IMG/VR virus record: IMGVR_UViG_2872922060_000001
Coordinates: 1-64,000 of that record
Origin: a virus
Lineage: Duplodnaviria; Caudoviricetes
Length of the DNA: 64,000 nucleotides
Direction: 5' to 3' (one strand)
Part shown: piece by piece, positions 10,459-19,857 of the stretch
Position numbering within the stretch: position 1 is the first letter of the stretch
Layout: each line of letters opens with the position of its first letter
Program-made: the position numbers and the translations under genes
Notes under the pieces: model-generated
The model's input: only the letters and a program-made list of their open reading frames with translations
Database searches by the model: none
What the model was told of the DNA's origin: nothing

Positions 10459-11396
10459 TGGCCAAGCCACTGTCCGCCGCCGACTTCCTGGACTGCCTCC
10501 GCGACGAGGGCCTGAACGTCGTCGAGGTCGACGCCTGGGAGACCCACAACCGCAACAGCAAGGGCCCCTGGGGTCCCCTCCACGGCGTGATGATCCACCA
10601 CACCGTCACCCGGGGCAGCAGCACCACCGTCGAACTGTGCCGCAAGGGACACAGCAGCCTCCCCGGACCCCTGTGTCACGGCGTCATAACCAAGGACGGC
10701 ACGGTCCACCTCGTCGGATACGGCCGCGCTAACCACGCCGGCCTGGGCGACCCGGACGTTCTGGCCGCGGTCATCGCCGAACGGCGACCGCCCACAGACA
10801 ACGAGGCCACGGTCGACGGCAACCGGCACTTCTACGGCTTCGAGTGCGAGAACCTCGGCGACGGCAAGGACCCGTGGCCCGACGAGCAGATCGAGGCGAT
10901 CGTCCGCGTCATCACGGCGCTGGGCCGCCGCCACGACTGGGCGGCCCGCTCCGCGCTCCGGCACCTCGACTGGCAACCCGGCAAGATCGACCCCCGCGGA
11001 CCGCAGTTCGACTGGGACGACATCCTCAGCCGAGTGGCGAAGCGACTGGCCGGGGCCACGCCCAGCAAGCCGACACCCCCCGCGCCGAAGCCGCTGCCCA
11101 CGCCGAGCAAGCCGGTCGTAGACCTGTCCAAGCTGGTCGCCGCCGCTCGGTCGAACCCGGCGGCGAAGGGCCAGCCCGTCACCTACTCCGGCGTGAGGAC
11201 CGTCGAGGCCGCCCTGGTCGATGCGGGCCTGCTGAGCAAGCGGTACAGCGACGGACACTGGGGCACCACCACGATCACCGCCTACGCCGCGTGGCAGCGC
11301 AAGCTCGGCTACCGCGGCAAGGACGCCGACGGCATCCCCGGCCGGACCTCCCTGGAACGCCTTGGCGACAGGTACGGATTCACGGTCACGGCATGA
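10458..11396 (+). CDS. Endolysin, N-acetylmuramoyl-L-alanine amidase with C-terminal PG-binding domain
   Basis: 'MIHHT', 'ANHAG', 'GFECEN' and 'H..WQPGKIDP' Amidase_2 motifs; PK-rich linker; 'AYAAWQRKLGY..ADGIPG'. Confidence 0.92.
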   Translation: MAKPLSAADFLDCLRDEGLNVVEVDAWETHNRNSKGPWGPLHGVMIHHTVTRGSSTTVELCRKGHSSLPGPLCHGVITKDGTVHLVGYGRANHAGLGDPDVLAAVIAERRPPTDNEATVDGNRHFYGFECENLGDGKDPWPDEQIEAIVRVITALGRRHDWAARSALRHLDWQPGKIDPRGPQFDWDDILSRVAKRLAGATPSKPTPPAPKPLPTPSKPVVDLSKLVAAARSNPAAKGQPVTYSGVRTVEAALVDAGLLSKRYSDGHWGTTTITAYAAWQRKLGYRGKDADGIPGRTSLERLGDRYGFTVTA

Positions 11397-11581
11397 GCGC
11401 CCGCCGCGCCGCGCTCGTCCACTACTGCCTGGCGGGCGTCTGGGCGCTGCTCGTGATCCCCACCCTGCTGTTCTGGAAGAACAGCGTCCTATGGGTGGCT
11501 GCGATGTCGCTGTACGCGAACTTCGTCGGACATCTCTCCGCGGCAAAGGCAAGCCGCGCCGAACAGGAAGCGCAGAAATGA
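11393..11581 (+). CDS. Small membrane protein (lysis cassette)
   Basis: 62 aa with two hydrophobic segments, ATGA-coupled on both sides. Confidence 0.65.
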   Translation: MSARRAALVHYCLAGVWALLVIPTLLFWKNSVLWVAAMSLYANFVGHLSAAKASRAEQEAQK

Positions 11582-11961
11582 AAATTCTTGGCCGAGAGCC
11601 CGCCCTGCTGCTGGGCCTCATCGCTGCCGGCGTGAAGATCCTCGGGTACGAGTTCGACGTGTCCGCTGGCGTCCAGACCGGCATCAACACCGTCGCCGCC
11701 GCCGTGGTCGGCCTGATCCTCGCGGTCCTCGCCCGCAACGGGGCCTGGGCGGCCGCTCTCCTCCAGACCGCGCAGGCCGTCATGAGCCTGTTCGTCGGTC
11801 TCGGGCTGGACTGGTCCGCGGACCGGCAGGCGCTGTGGATGGGCGCCATCGCCGCGGCTGTGGCAGTCGTGGAGCGGTTCATGGTGACGCCGCCGCTGCC
11901 CACCACGCCGCTGGAGGAATCGAGCCCCCTGGCGAAGCCGCACGGCCCGCGGGCCGTCTAA
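11578..11961 (+). CDS. Holin-like membrane protein
   Basis: 'MKILGREPA' start typical of Streptomyces phage holins; about 4 TM segments. Confidence 0.75.
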   Translation: MKILGREPALLLGLIAAGVKILGYEFDVSAGVQTGINTVAAAVVGLILAVLARNGAWAAALLQTAQAVMSLFVGLGLDWSADRQALWMGAIAAAVAVVERFMVTPPLPTTPLEESSPLAKPHGPRAV

Positions 11962-11984
11962 CCCACCCGTACCCGGAGCAATCA

Positions 11985-12275
11985 GTGGCTGACGAGCCGA
12001 CCCTGGGCGAAGTCCAGCGCCGCATGGAGCAGGGGTTCATCGACCTCAAAGACGACATGCGGGAACTCGGCGTGCGGCTCGACAGCAAAGTCGATCAGAA
12101 GGTCTACGACCTGCGTCATGAGGCCCTGGCCGCCAGGGTGACGACGCTGGAGACCCTTCGCGAAAAGGACGCCGAGAAGATCGTGGCGACCCGCCGATGG
12201 CTGGTGGGCGCCGTGATCGTACCGCTCATCGGGATTCTTCTACCGGTGATCATCCTTCTGGTGCAGGGGTCTTGA
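11985..12275 (+). CDS. Coiled-coil membrane protein with C-terminal TM helix
   Basis: GGAG RBS before GTG; hydrophobic C-terminus; lysis cassette context. Confidence 0.65.
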   Translation: MADEPTLGEVQRRMEQGFIDLKDDMRELGVRLDSKVDQKVYDLRHEALAARVTTLETLREKDAEKIVATRRWLVGAVIVPLIGILLPVIILLVQGS

Positions 12276-12964
12276 TGTCAGGGACAGGGGCACAAATACG
12301 AGCCGAGGAACGCCGCTGGCGCCGCGGGGACATCTTCACGGTCGCCATCGCAGTCTTCCTCGGCCTGGCCATGGCCTGGATCGTGCTGTCGGTTCAGCAG
12401 CTGCGCAGCGACCTGAAGGTGTCGAACGAGGCCCGGGACGCTCTGGCACGGCAGGTGCTGGAGCTGGGTGAAAAACCGGTGACCAGTGAGTCCCAAGGCC
12501 GCTCCGACCCGAGTAAGCCTGTGCCCGGCCCGAAGGGCGATCCAGGTTCGCCCGGCCCTTCCGGCCCCGCCGGTCGTGCCGGCGCTACGGGCCCGTCCGG
12601 TAGGCCGGGTGCGGACGGGCGGAACGGTGTGAGCACCACAGGCTTGCCGGGGCCGCCCGGTCAGGATGGGGCGCCTGGCCAGCCCGGCACGAACGGCCAG
12701 CCCGGCGCTGACGGACAGCCCGGCCCGCCTGGGCCCCAGGGAGAGCCGGGGCCCCAGGGAGAGCCAGGGCCAGAGGGCCCCCAAGGCCCTCCCGGACAGG
12801 ACGGCAAGGACGGTCAGACCTGCCCCGACGGGTACAGCCTCCAGGCCCCGGCAGACGACCCGGACGCGCTCGTATGCCGCAGAGACGGCGCCCCCCAGCC
12901 AGAGCCGCAGCCGTCCCCGCAACCGACCGTCCTCGGCGTGGCTCCCGAGCGCCGACGGGCATAG
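12275..12964 (+). CDS. Membrane-anchored collagen-like (Gly-X-Y) protein
   Basis: N-terminal TM and coiled coil, ~30 G-X-Y triplets, 'CPDGY...LVC' C-terminus. Confidence 0.85.
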   Translation: MSGTGAQIRAEERRWRRGDIFTVAIAVFLGLAMAWIVLSVQQLRSDLKVSNEARDALARQVLELGEKPVTSESQGRSDPSKPVPGPKGDPGSPGPSGPAGRAGATGPSGRPGADGRNGVSTTGLPGPPGQDGAPGQPGTNGQPGADGQPGPPGPQGEPGPQGEPGPEGPQGPPGQDGKDGQTCPDGYSLQAPADDPDALVCRRDGAPQPEPQPSPQPTVLGVAPERRRA

Positions 12965-12985
12965 TCCCCGACTCTGGCCGGATGG

Positions 12986-13723
12986 TCATGGGGCGACGCG
13001 GCCGTTGGCGTTGAAGGCGGCGTACGTGAGGGGCATGAGCCTGGCCCACTCGGCCTCCATCTTCTCGCCGACCATTTCGATCTCCCGCTGCGGGAAGGAG
13101 GGCACCTTCGCCAGCTCGTGCTGGGTGCGCAGGCCGAGGAAGTGCATCAGCGAGCGGGCGTTGCAGGTGGCGTAGGCCGACGAGTACAGCCCGACGGGGA
13201 GGACCGAGCGGGCGACCTCCCGCGCGACGCCCTTCGCCAGCATCTCCTGGTAGACGCCGTAGGCGATGGAGTACGACATCCTCATCGCTTCCTGGGTGAT
13301 CCGGTGCTGTTCCGGGGTGCCGTCTACGAACCGGTACCGGCCGGGCTTCCCGTCCTGGACGAGCTTGCGGTCCGGGCCGGGGATGTAGAAGACCGGCTGG
13401 AGCTCCCGGTAGCGGCCGGACTCCTCGTTGTACGACCAGCCGGCGCGGTGCCGCATGAACTCGCGGAAGACGAAGATCGGAGCGTTGATGAAGAAGGTCA
13501 TCGAATTGTGCTCGAAGGGGCTCCCGTGCCGATCCCGTATCAGGTAGTTGATCAGTCCCTTGGAGCGCTCCGGGTCCTTGTTCAGCTCGTCGAGCGACTG
13601 CTCCCCGAGCGTGGAGACGCGGGCCGCGAACAGTGCGTCGGCGTCGGACGCGCTGTGCTTCACCAGCTCTACGGTGACGTCGCTGCGAAAGACGGGCTCG
13701 GGCGTGGGCGCCTGGTCGGGCAT
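12986..13723 (-). CDS. thyX: FAD-dependent thymidylate synthase
   Basis: 'HGSPFEH', 'REFMRHR..WSYNEESGRY', 'AREVARSVLP' and 'NARSLMHFL..R' motifs. Confidence 0.96.
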   Translation of the reverse strand: MPDQAPTPEPVFRSDVTVELVKHSASDADALFAARVSTLGEQSLDELNKDPERSKGLINYLIRDRHGSPFEHNSMTFFINAPIFVFREFMRHRAGWSYNEESGRYRELQPVFYIPGPDRKLVQDGKPGRYRFVDGTPEQHRITQEAMRMSYSIAYGVYQEMLAKGVAREVARSVLPVGLYSSAYATCNARSLMHFLGLRTQHELAKVPSFPQREIEMVGEKMEAEWARLMPLTYAAFNANGRVAP

Positions 13724-13814
13724 GGGAAGGGCTCCGATCGAGGGGAAGGGCGGTACCTCCAGTGTCCCGGCGCCGCGGCGCGGTGTTCCCTCCGCACAGT
13801 CGTACGATGACAGC

Positions 13815-14006
13815 GTGAGCACCACCCCTGACAGACCCGTCCCGCCGGCCCCGGAGTGCGCCCCGTCGTACGTGGGGCCGTGCACGAAGTGCCAGCATCC
13901 GACGCACCGCTACGGGCCGGGCGGGAACCCGCTGTGTGTGCTGTGCCGACGGGAGCTGGAGGAGTGGCGGGCATCCCAGGGGAAGGCGACGTCGGGCCGC
14001 GTCTAG
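13815..14006 (+). CDS. Small zinc-finger protein
   Basis: CxxC...CxxC; divergent from thyX and upstream of dcd. Confidence 0.5.
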   Translation: MSTTPDRPVPPAPECAPSYVGPCTKCQHPTHRYGPGGNPLCVLCRRELEEWRASQGKATSGRV

Positions 14007-14015
14007 GCTTCTGAC

Positions 14016-14597
14016 GTGCTCCTTTCCGATAGAGACCTCCACGCAGCGATAGCCGGCGGACGACTCGGCGTCGCCCCGTACGACAAGGCGATGCTCCAGC
14101 CGGCCAGCATCGACGTCCGTCTCGACCGGTCCTTCCTGGTCTTCGAGAACCACCGGCATGCCTGCATCGACCCCGCGGTGGAGCAGGACGACCTGACACG
14201 GCTGGTGGAGGTCGACGACGGGGAGGCGTTCGTGCTGCACCCGGGCGAGTTCGTGCTGGCGTCCACCTTCGAGCGGGTGCGGCTGCCGGACGACCTGGCG
14301 GCCCGGCTGGAGGGGAAGTCGTCGCTGGGGCGCCTGGGTCTGGTGACGCACTCAACGGCGGGGTTCATCGACCCCGGGTTCGAGGGGCACGTCACGCTGG
14401 AGCTCAGCAACCTCGCCACCTTGCCGATCAAGCTGTGGCCGGGGATGAAGGTCGGGCAGCTGGCCGTCTTCACACTCAGCTCGCCCGCTGAGGCGCCTTA
14501 TGGCACGAAGGGCATCGGGTCTCGGTACCAGGGGCAGCGCGGGCCCACCGCCTCCCGGTCCTGGCAGGACTTCCACCGGACCGCCCTGCCATCCTGA
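14016..14597 (+). CDS. dcd: dCTP deaminase
   Basis: 'QPASIDVRL', '[30 protein letters not shown]' and 'YQGQRGPT'. Confidence 0.96.
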   Translation: MLLSDRDLHAAIAGGRLGVAPYDKAMLQPASIDVRLDRSFLVFENHRHACIDPAVEQDDLTRLVEVDDGEAFVLHPGEFVLASTFERVRLPDDLAARLEGKSSLGRLGLVTHSTAGFIDPGFEGHVTLELSNLATLPIKLWPGMKVGQLAVFTLSSPAEAPYGTKGIGSRYQGQRGPTASRSWQDFHRTALPS

Positions 14598-14599
14598 CG

Positions 14600-14632
14600 C
14601 AGGAGGCCCCCACCGGTGGTGGGGGCCTCCTG
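14600..14632. terminator. Hairpin between convergent genes
   Basis: caggaggcccccacc-ggt-ggtgggggcctcctg, a perfect 15-bp stem. Confidence 0.8.
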
Positions 14633-14641
14633 GTCTGGCCG

Positions 14642-14833
14642 CTAGTGCCGGTTCTCCCACCAGACGAGGAGCACGCTGACGGCACCGCTCCCAACGCCGT
14701 ACGAGGCGCCTCGGATGATCTGGTGCTTTACCGTGCGGCCGTGTCGTGCGACCTTCTTCGCAGCCCAATCACGTGGGCGGCGAAGGACACGCAACAGTTG
14801 TTGCGCTAGGGTAGGGCTGTCGTCATCACTCAT
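14642..14833 (-). CDS. Small protein with hydrophobic C-terminus
   Basis: GAAAGG RBS; ends at the hairpin. Confidence 0.55.
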   Translation of the reverse strand: MSDDDSPTLAQQLLRVLRRPRDWAAKKVARHGRTVKHQIIRGASYGVGSGAVSVLLVWWENRH

Positions 14834-15206
14834 GACGGTGCGCCTTTCTGTTGTAGGTGGGCGCGCGCAGAGAGCCCTCCGGCTGTGGCCTCGGAACCGG
14901 TGCCGGGAAGCAGGGCTCTCTTTGCGTTGTCTGGGACCTTACTGGATGAGCGCTGAAGGGGCGTACTCCCGCCGGGCTTGGGCCAGTTCGGTGGTGTGGA
15001 TCTCGGCCACGGCAGGCGTTCGTGCAGGTCACGGGGTTCGAGTAGACGCGAGTTGACGAGGCCTTACGCGATGTCAGCGAGTCCCCTCTAGATCGATCTC
15101 ATCTGGTCTCATCCCCTCTCAACAGTCTGTTTGCTAGTTGGCCGGTATTCGTCCAGGCCCTGCGGTGGAGCACGCTGCGGCGGTGGATTCCGCGAGCAGC
15201 ACGCCA

Positions 15207-15256
15207 GGTAGTGTGCACGTGATGGTGCCCCGCCTGCTTACCTCAGGCGGGGCACC
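15207..15256 (-). repeat. 50-bp terminator-containing repeat, copy 1
   Basis: Identical except 1 nt to 48031-48080; contains hairpin ggtgccccgcctg...caggcggggcacc. Confidence 0.9.
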
Positions 15257-15279
15257 ATCACGTTCGGAGGTTGGTGTCC

Positions 15280-15540
15280 TCACTTCTCGGTGGCGCGGTC
15301 GGCGGCGAGGCGGGCGGTGGTCTTGTCCCAGACGTTCTCGTAGCGCACCCAGCGTTGCCCATCGACGTCCCACTGGTCGACGGCAATGCGCTGGACGTTG
15401 CTGAGCCCGGCAGCCACGCGCTCCTTCTCGTCCTCGACAGCGCGGTACGCGGCGGGCTTGGACCGGTGCGTGGTGTAGACGGGCACGCTCGGCGTGGTCA
15501 GCACGAGGCGCCACGGCTTCGACGGCTTCTTCGCGGCCAT
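15280..15540 (-). CDS. Hypothetical protein (paralogue of 48230-48475)
   Basis: M..KKPSKPWR...QW...RW..(Y/F)E.V...ATEK shared with the 48 kb gene; GAGG RBS. Confidence 0.7.
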   Translation of the reverse strand: MAAKKPSKPWRLVLTTPSVPVYTTHRSKPAAYRAVEDEKERVAAGLSNVQRIAVDQWDVDGQRWVRYENVWDKTTARLAADRATEK

Positions 15541-15551
15541 GGTCGGTGTCC

Positions 15552-15875
15552 TCACTTCTCGTCGCGTCGGTGGTGCTTCCGCTTGTGGTTCTGGACGCTC
15601 TCCCGCGTCCCCCGGTATCCCGGCTTCGTGCTGCACTCGTCGCATTCCACCCAAACGCCGTCCTTGACGGCGGCCGCGCTGACGGAGTGGTGGGGGCCGT
15701 AGCCGTGGGCGTGGAGGAAGTGCGGGACGCTGCCCTCGTACTTGAGGGCGATGAGGGCTGCTTCGGCGGCCTTGTCGTGTCCAGCGGCGAAGAACTTGCC
15801 GAGGCCGACTTCGCGTTCGCAGCCGCACCAGCAGGTGCCGGTCGGGATGAGACGGGGCTTCTCATTGCTTGCCAT
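15552..15875 (-). CDS. Hypothetical Zn-binding protein
   Basis: CWCGC...F..GHD and CxxC...H motifs. A TTGACT-N16-TACCAT promoter lies 6 nt before the ATG, suggesting a leaderless mRNA. Confidence 0.7.
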   Translation of the reverse strand: MASNEKPRLIPTGTCWCGCEREVGLGKFFAAGHDKAAEAALIALKYEGSVPHFLHAHGYGPHHSVSAAAVKDGVWVECDECSTKPGYRGTRESVQNHKRKHHRRDEK

Positions 15876-16297
15876 GCATCCATGGTAGCTTCCCTTGGGT
15901 GTAAGTCAAGGATTTATTCCAAGGATTCAGGGTCCACAGTGCGGCGAGGCCGCCCCAGGCGCAAGAAGCCCTCGACCGCAGAATCGCTCCTGACGAAGAA
16001 TCTGACGAACCGTCAGTCGCGATAAGCTCACATACGCCACATCCCGCGCCGCTCGTCCGTTTGACCAGGTATGCGCGCTGAAGAACGACGACGACTGCTC
16101 GGGGACGAAGTCATCGCCCACATCCATGCCCGCGTTGCCGAGGCCCCCGAGCCGCCTCCGGAAGTTGTAGACACACTGCGGCGCATCCTCGCCAACCCCG
16201 TCGGCCGCCCAGGTCAGGGCAACGCGCCCTCTAGCTCTAGGTAATGTTCCTGATCCGCAGCCTGTGACCGTCGCCTAGCGCTGATCGTTCACAGAAC

Positions 16298-16582
16298 ATG
16301 ACCTCCCGCATCACTCCTTCCGCAGCCGCATTGCTCCTTGCAGGCGACCGTTGGTACGGCTTCCTCCAGCAACGCTTCGAGGAAGCCGGCCGGATGCCGG
16401 AGTATCACCGCATGCTCGGCGAGACCTACGGCCGATTCGTCGTACACGCTGAGCATGGAGACGAGCACGCGATGGCTTACCTGGACTGGATGCGCGCCGA
16501 AGCTCAGCGGTTCGACAGACACCCGGACTTCCCTGGCGGACCTGTACGGCAGGAGGAGGATCCCTCTGGGGGAAGTGCATAA
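16298..16582 (+). CDS. Hypothetical protein
   Basis: 94-aa ORF with plausible composition. Confidence 0.45.
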   Translation: MTSRITPSAAALLLAGDRWYGFLQQRFEEAGRMPEYHRMLGETYGRFVVHAEHGDEHAMAYLDWMRAEAQRFDRHPDFPGGPVRQEEDPSGGSA

Positions 16583-16717
16583 CGTGTGTTGGGCGCCCGA
16601 GCGGAGGGATCATGCTGTCTGGCGTCGGATAACCTCTCCTTCTCCGACGCCGCGGCCGCAGTCGGCGCCGACCCGACACACCCCCTGATCAGCCCTTCGG
16701 GCATCACATCGGTTCAT

Positions 16718-16745
16718 GTACTAGATAATTACTGTTATGTGGATC
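16718..16745. other. dif/Xer-like recombination site
   Basis: GTACTAGATAA-TTACTG-TTATGTGGATC: 11-6-11 layout with ATAA-N6-TTATGT core, an AT-rich island 400 bp upstream of a tyrosine recombinase. Confidence 0.6.
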
Positions 16746-16784
16746 TCCCGGATGGAGGGGGACCGACTGTGATCCGGAGGACCG

Positions 16785-17150
16785 ATGAAGGAGCTGGTGC
16801 AGTTCCTGCGCGAACGACTGGACGACGACGAACGGCGAGCGCGAGCGGCAACACCCGGGCCGTGGAGGCAGTCAGGGATCGGCGACTACGGATGGACGGT
16901 GTCCTTCAGCCGACCTGGCTCCGGAGTCGAAGCAGAGGACAGCGACCAAGGACGCGCCGACGCCGACTTCATCGCCGCTCACGATCCGACCCGCGCCTTG
17001 GATGAGATCGACGCGAAGCGACGGATGGTCAACCGAATCACCTACCACGCCGACCTGATGGGCTGGGACGAGGTACACGGCGACCTGCTGCGGTCTCTCG
17101 CCTCTGTGTACTCCGAGCACCCGGACTATCAGAAGGTCTGGCGGTCGTGA
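16785..17150 (+). CDS. DUF6221-like protein
   Basis: 'FLR.RLD.DE..ARAATPGPW...HDP.R.L.EIDAKRR...LA.VY..HPDY...W' pattern. Confidence 0.75.
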   Translation: MKELVQFLRERLDDDERRARAATPGPWRQSGIGDYGWTVSFSRPGSGVEAEDSDQGRADADFIAAHDPTRALDEIDAKRRMVNRITYHADLMGWDEVHGDLLRSLASVYSEHPDYQKVWRS

Positions 17151-18223
17151 CCGAGCTGGTCCCCAGAGCACGCCCGGGCCAGCTCGCCGCGCGCACCCGC
17201 AGCGCCGCCGACGACTGGCCCCCCGAAGCCCTCGACTTCGCCACCGAGTTGGCCGACCACTACCCGACCGGCGACCCCTACCCCGGCTTGGTCGGAGCCT
17301 GGATCGCCCGACAGAAGACCGTCAACACCCGGCGCACCTACGTCCGCCAGTATCGGGTCTGGGACACCTACGCCCGTGAGAGAGGCACCCACCCCCTCAC
17401 GGCACGGTTCCCGTTGGCCGAAGCGTTCTCCCGCCACCTAGAGACCGCGCCCACCATGCAACCGGTCAAGGGCGGCCACCGCGGGGAGAAAGCACCCACC
17501 GGACCACCCCGCTCCGACGCCGCCCGAGCCAACCTCCTGTCGGCGTGCTCCTCCTTCTACACCTACGCCGTCCGCGCCCGCGCCGCAGAGTTCGACCCCT
17601 TCGACCTCGTCGCCCGCCCCGAACTCGACCAAGACGGCTCCGACACCCAGGGCAGCACCGAAGAAGAGTCCGCGCGACTACTCGCCGCGGCCTACGAGGA
17701 CGGGCCCCGCTCCTACGCCCTCCTCCTCGCCATCTACACCGTTGCCCTGCGCCTCGACTCCGCGCTCGGCGCCCGCGTCGAGGACCTTGGCTACGACAAG
17801 GGACACCGCATCCTCAACGTCCGGCTCAAGGGCGGCCGCCGCAAACCCAAGGTGGTCCCGCCGGCGACTGGGCACGCCATCGACGTCTACCTGAACGGCC
17901 GGACTACGGGGCCGTTGTTCCAGACTCGCACCGGCCGACCGCTCGACCCGGCCTACGTGTGGCGGCTCGTGCGGCGCCTCGCCGCGAAGGCCGGCATCGC
18001 GAACGCGGCCACGTTCCACCCGCACGTCCTCAAGCACGACGCCGTCACCCACGCCCTGGACGCCCCCGACGCCAAGCTCCACCACGTCCAGGACTTCGCC
18101 GACCACAAGGACCCGCGCACCACCCGACGCTACGACCGGCGCCGGGGCCGTCTCGACAACAGCCCCGGCTACCGCATCGCCGCCCGGATCGCGGAACGCC
18201 TTCCCGGCGGGGACGACGACTAA
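17147..18223 (+). CDS. Tyrosine recombinase (Xer/integrase family)
   Basis: Catalytic positions R (ALR), K (LKGG), H-x-x-K-H, H (ADH) and Y (TRRY). Confidence 0.9.
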   Translation: MTELVPRARPGQLAARTRSAADDWPPEALDFATELADHYPTGDPYPGLVGAWIARQKTVNTRRTYVRQYRVWDTYARERGTHPLTARFPLAEAFSRHLETAPTMQPVKGGHRGEKAPTGPPRSDAARANLLSACSSFYTYAVRARAAEFDPFDLVARPELDQDGSDTQGSTEEESARLLAAAYEDGPRSYALLLAIYTVALRLDSALGARVEDLGYDKGHRILNVRLKGGRRKPKVVPPATGHAIDVYLNGRTTGPLFQTRTGRPLDPAYVWRLVRRLAAKAGIANAATFHPHVLKHDAVTHALDAPDAKLHHVQDFADHKDPRTTRRYDRRRGRLDNSPGYRIAARIAERLPGGDDD

Positions 18224-18444
18224 CTAGCGGCGGGTGTGCGGGTGGGGGTCTGTCCCCACCGGATCTTCTCGGCTGCCTCTTCCTCGTCGACCAGGAGCCT
18301 TCCTTCTCCGAAGCAGTCGTCGCAGGATCCCCAGCCGAGGGTGGGCTCGCCGCCCTCTTCCTCGGGAGGTTGGGTGACCTGTACAGACCCGTCTCCGTCG
18401 CATTCATCGCACGTGAACTCGTACTCGCCCGCTACCAGCGCCAT
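18220..18444 (-). CDS. Small CxxCxGxG zinc-finger protein
   Basis: CDECDGDG...CDDCFGEG; GGGGGAGG RBS. Confidence 0.65.
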   Translation of the reverse strand: MALVAGEYEFTCDECDGDGSVQVTQPPEEEGGEPTLGWGSCDDCFGEGRLLVDEEEAAEKIRWGQTPTRTPAAS

Positions 18445-18688
18445 TGCGTGTCCTCCCCGAGCCGTGTGTGGGCTGTGATCTTACTCAGCCGACGGCCTGG
18501 GCAAGGAGAACCCGCTTACGAACATCGGTCTCTAGCCGCGCAGGCGGGCCGCGCCGCGAGGAGTCCGTGGACGAACACTGCCAGGTCCTCGACGGGGCCG
18601 GGGCGATCCCGGCCCAGCGCAAAGCCCGCCGCGAGTACGAGAACAGAGCCGGCACGCTCACACCCGGACCATGATCACCGGCTTAGCG

Positions 18689-19552
18689 TTAACCGCTGTA
18701 CCGATGTTCCCCGAGGTCGTCCCAGTAGCCGGTGTGGGCGATGGTGTCGGCGGTGACGGGAGGCTGCCGTTCGGCGAGGAGGGGGTGGGCGGCGCAGATT
18801 TGCTGGACGAGCATGTTGGGGTAGCGGGAGACGATGGGCCGGCCGCCCTGGCCGAGGATGAGGGTGTGGACGCCTTCCTGGGGTCGGGGCCGGTGGGGGA
18901 GGTACGCCTTGAGCGCGGCGACGGTGAGGGGCTCGAGGACGAACTTCTTGCCGACGTTCTCGAAGGCGTCGGGGGCGCGGATTTCCCAGGTGCCGTCTTG
19001 CAGGTCGTACAGGTGCCGCATGTCGAGGCGGACGATCTCGCCGGGGCGGAGGCCCTCGAGGAGGAGGTAGGCGATGAGGCGGTCGCGGAGGTAGTGGCGG
19101 GCTTGGTCTTTGCCCCACATGCCGATGCAGGTGAGGAGGACGGCGCGTTCCATGGGGGTGAGGCGTTTGGGTGGGGTGGCGTCGCGGTCGACGCCGGAGC
19201 GCAGCAGCTTCAGGTCGGGGAGCTGTCGTATGGCGCCGGCGTCGCGGGCTGCTTCGTAGTAGCCGGTGAGGGCGGTGATGCGTTTGTCGTGGGACTTGGC
19301 GACGTCGGGGTGGTGCTGGGCGAGCCAGGCGAGGGCGTCGGGGCCGTCGAAGGGCCGGCCGTCGAGGACCTCGCGCAGGTAGCGGTCGTGGGCCCATTGG
19401 GCGATGTGGTGGAGGCCGAAGGCCCACGGGTCGACGCCGGCACTGTCGCACCAGTCGAGCCATGAGGTGACTTCGATGCGGTAGGTGGCCTGGCTGGTGG
19501 GGCGGAGGGTGCCGTTGGTGAGCCAGGTGTCGAGCAGGGTCCGTGGGTCCAT
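18689..19552 (-). CDS. Degenerate tyrosine recombinase-like protein
   Basis: Core-binding-like N-terminus, 'LLL.EGLRPGE...L' box I and 'LK.YL..RP'. Box II reads 'TADTIAHT' and the ORF stops soon after. Confidence 0.75.
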   Translation of the reverse strand: MDPRTLLDTWLTNGTLRPTSQATYRIEVTSWLDWCDSAGVDPWAFGLHHIAQWAHDRYLREVLDGRPFDGPDALAWLAQHHPDVAKSHDKRITALTGYYEAARDAGAIRQLPDLKLLRSGVDRDATPPKRLTPMERAVLLTCIGMWGKDQARHYLRDRLIAYLLLEGLRPGEIVRLDMRHLYDLQDGTWEIRAPDAFENVGKKFVLEPLTVAALKAYLPHRPRPQEGVHTLILGQGGRPIVSRYPNMLVQQICAAHPLLAERQPPVTADTIAHTGYWDDLGEHRYSG

Positions 19553-19593
19553 GCGGTATATCGTGCCCGGTCTCGGGCAGTGTTGTGGATCTT

Positions 19594-19717
19594 CTTTTAC
19601 GGAACCTCGGGGTCCACCCGTTCAGAGGGCGTCTTCCGTGCGGTGCGTGGGGAAGTGCGGGGGGGCTTGCGCGCGCGACTTCTCTTAGTGGTGGGTGGGC
19701 CCGAGGTTCCGTAAAAG
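19594..19717. repeat. 18-bp perfect inverted repeat pair
   Basis: CTTTTACGGAACCTCGGG (19594-19611) and CCCGAGGTTCCGTAAAAG (19700-19717). Confidence 0.85.
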
Positions 19718-19857
19718 TGCTGGTGGAGGGCACTGTGGGGGTGGTGCGGTCGTGGTGAGAACACGCTATGCCCGATCCCGCAGCACCTTCCCCGGACATG
19801 CAGCGGCGCCCTCCCCTTCCGGGAGGACGCCGCTGACGTGAGACGGCGCGGAACCGG

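Noticed and set aside
12530-12810. Tandem 9/18-bp repeats resembling an array
   Set aside because: Explained by collagen Gly-X-Y coding; no spacers, so not CRISPR.
15207-15561. Repeats as a CRISPR array or integron attC sites
   Set aside because: Units are separated by whole genes, lack attC R/L box structure, and no cas or IntI signature is present; reported as boundary repeats instead.
16016-16043. Second dif-like sequence (GCGATAA-GCTCAC-ATACG)
   Set aside because: Right arm lacks TTAT; too weak to call.
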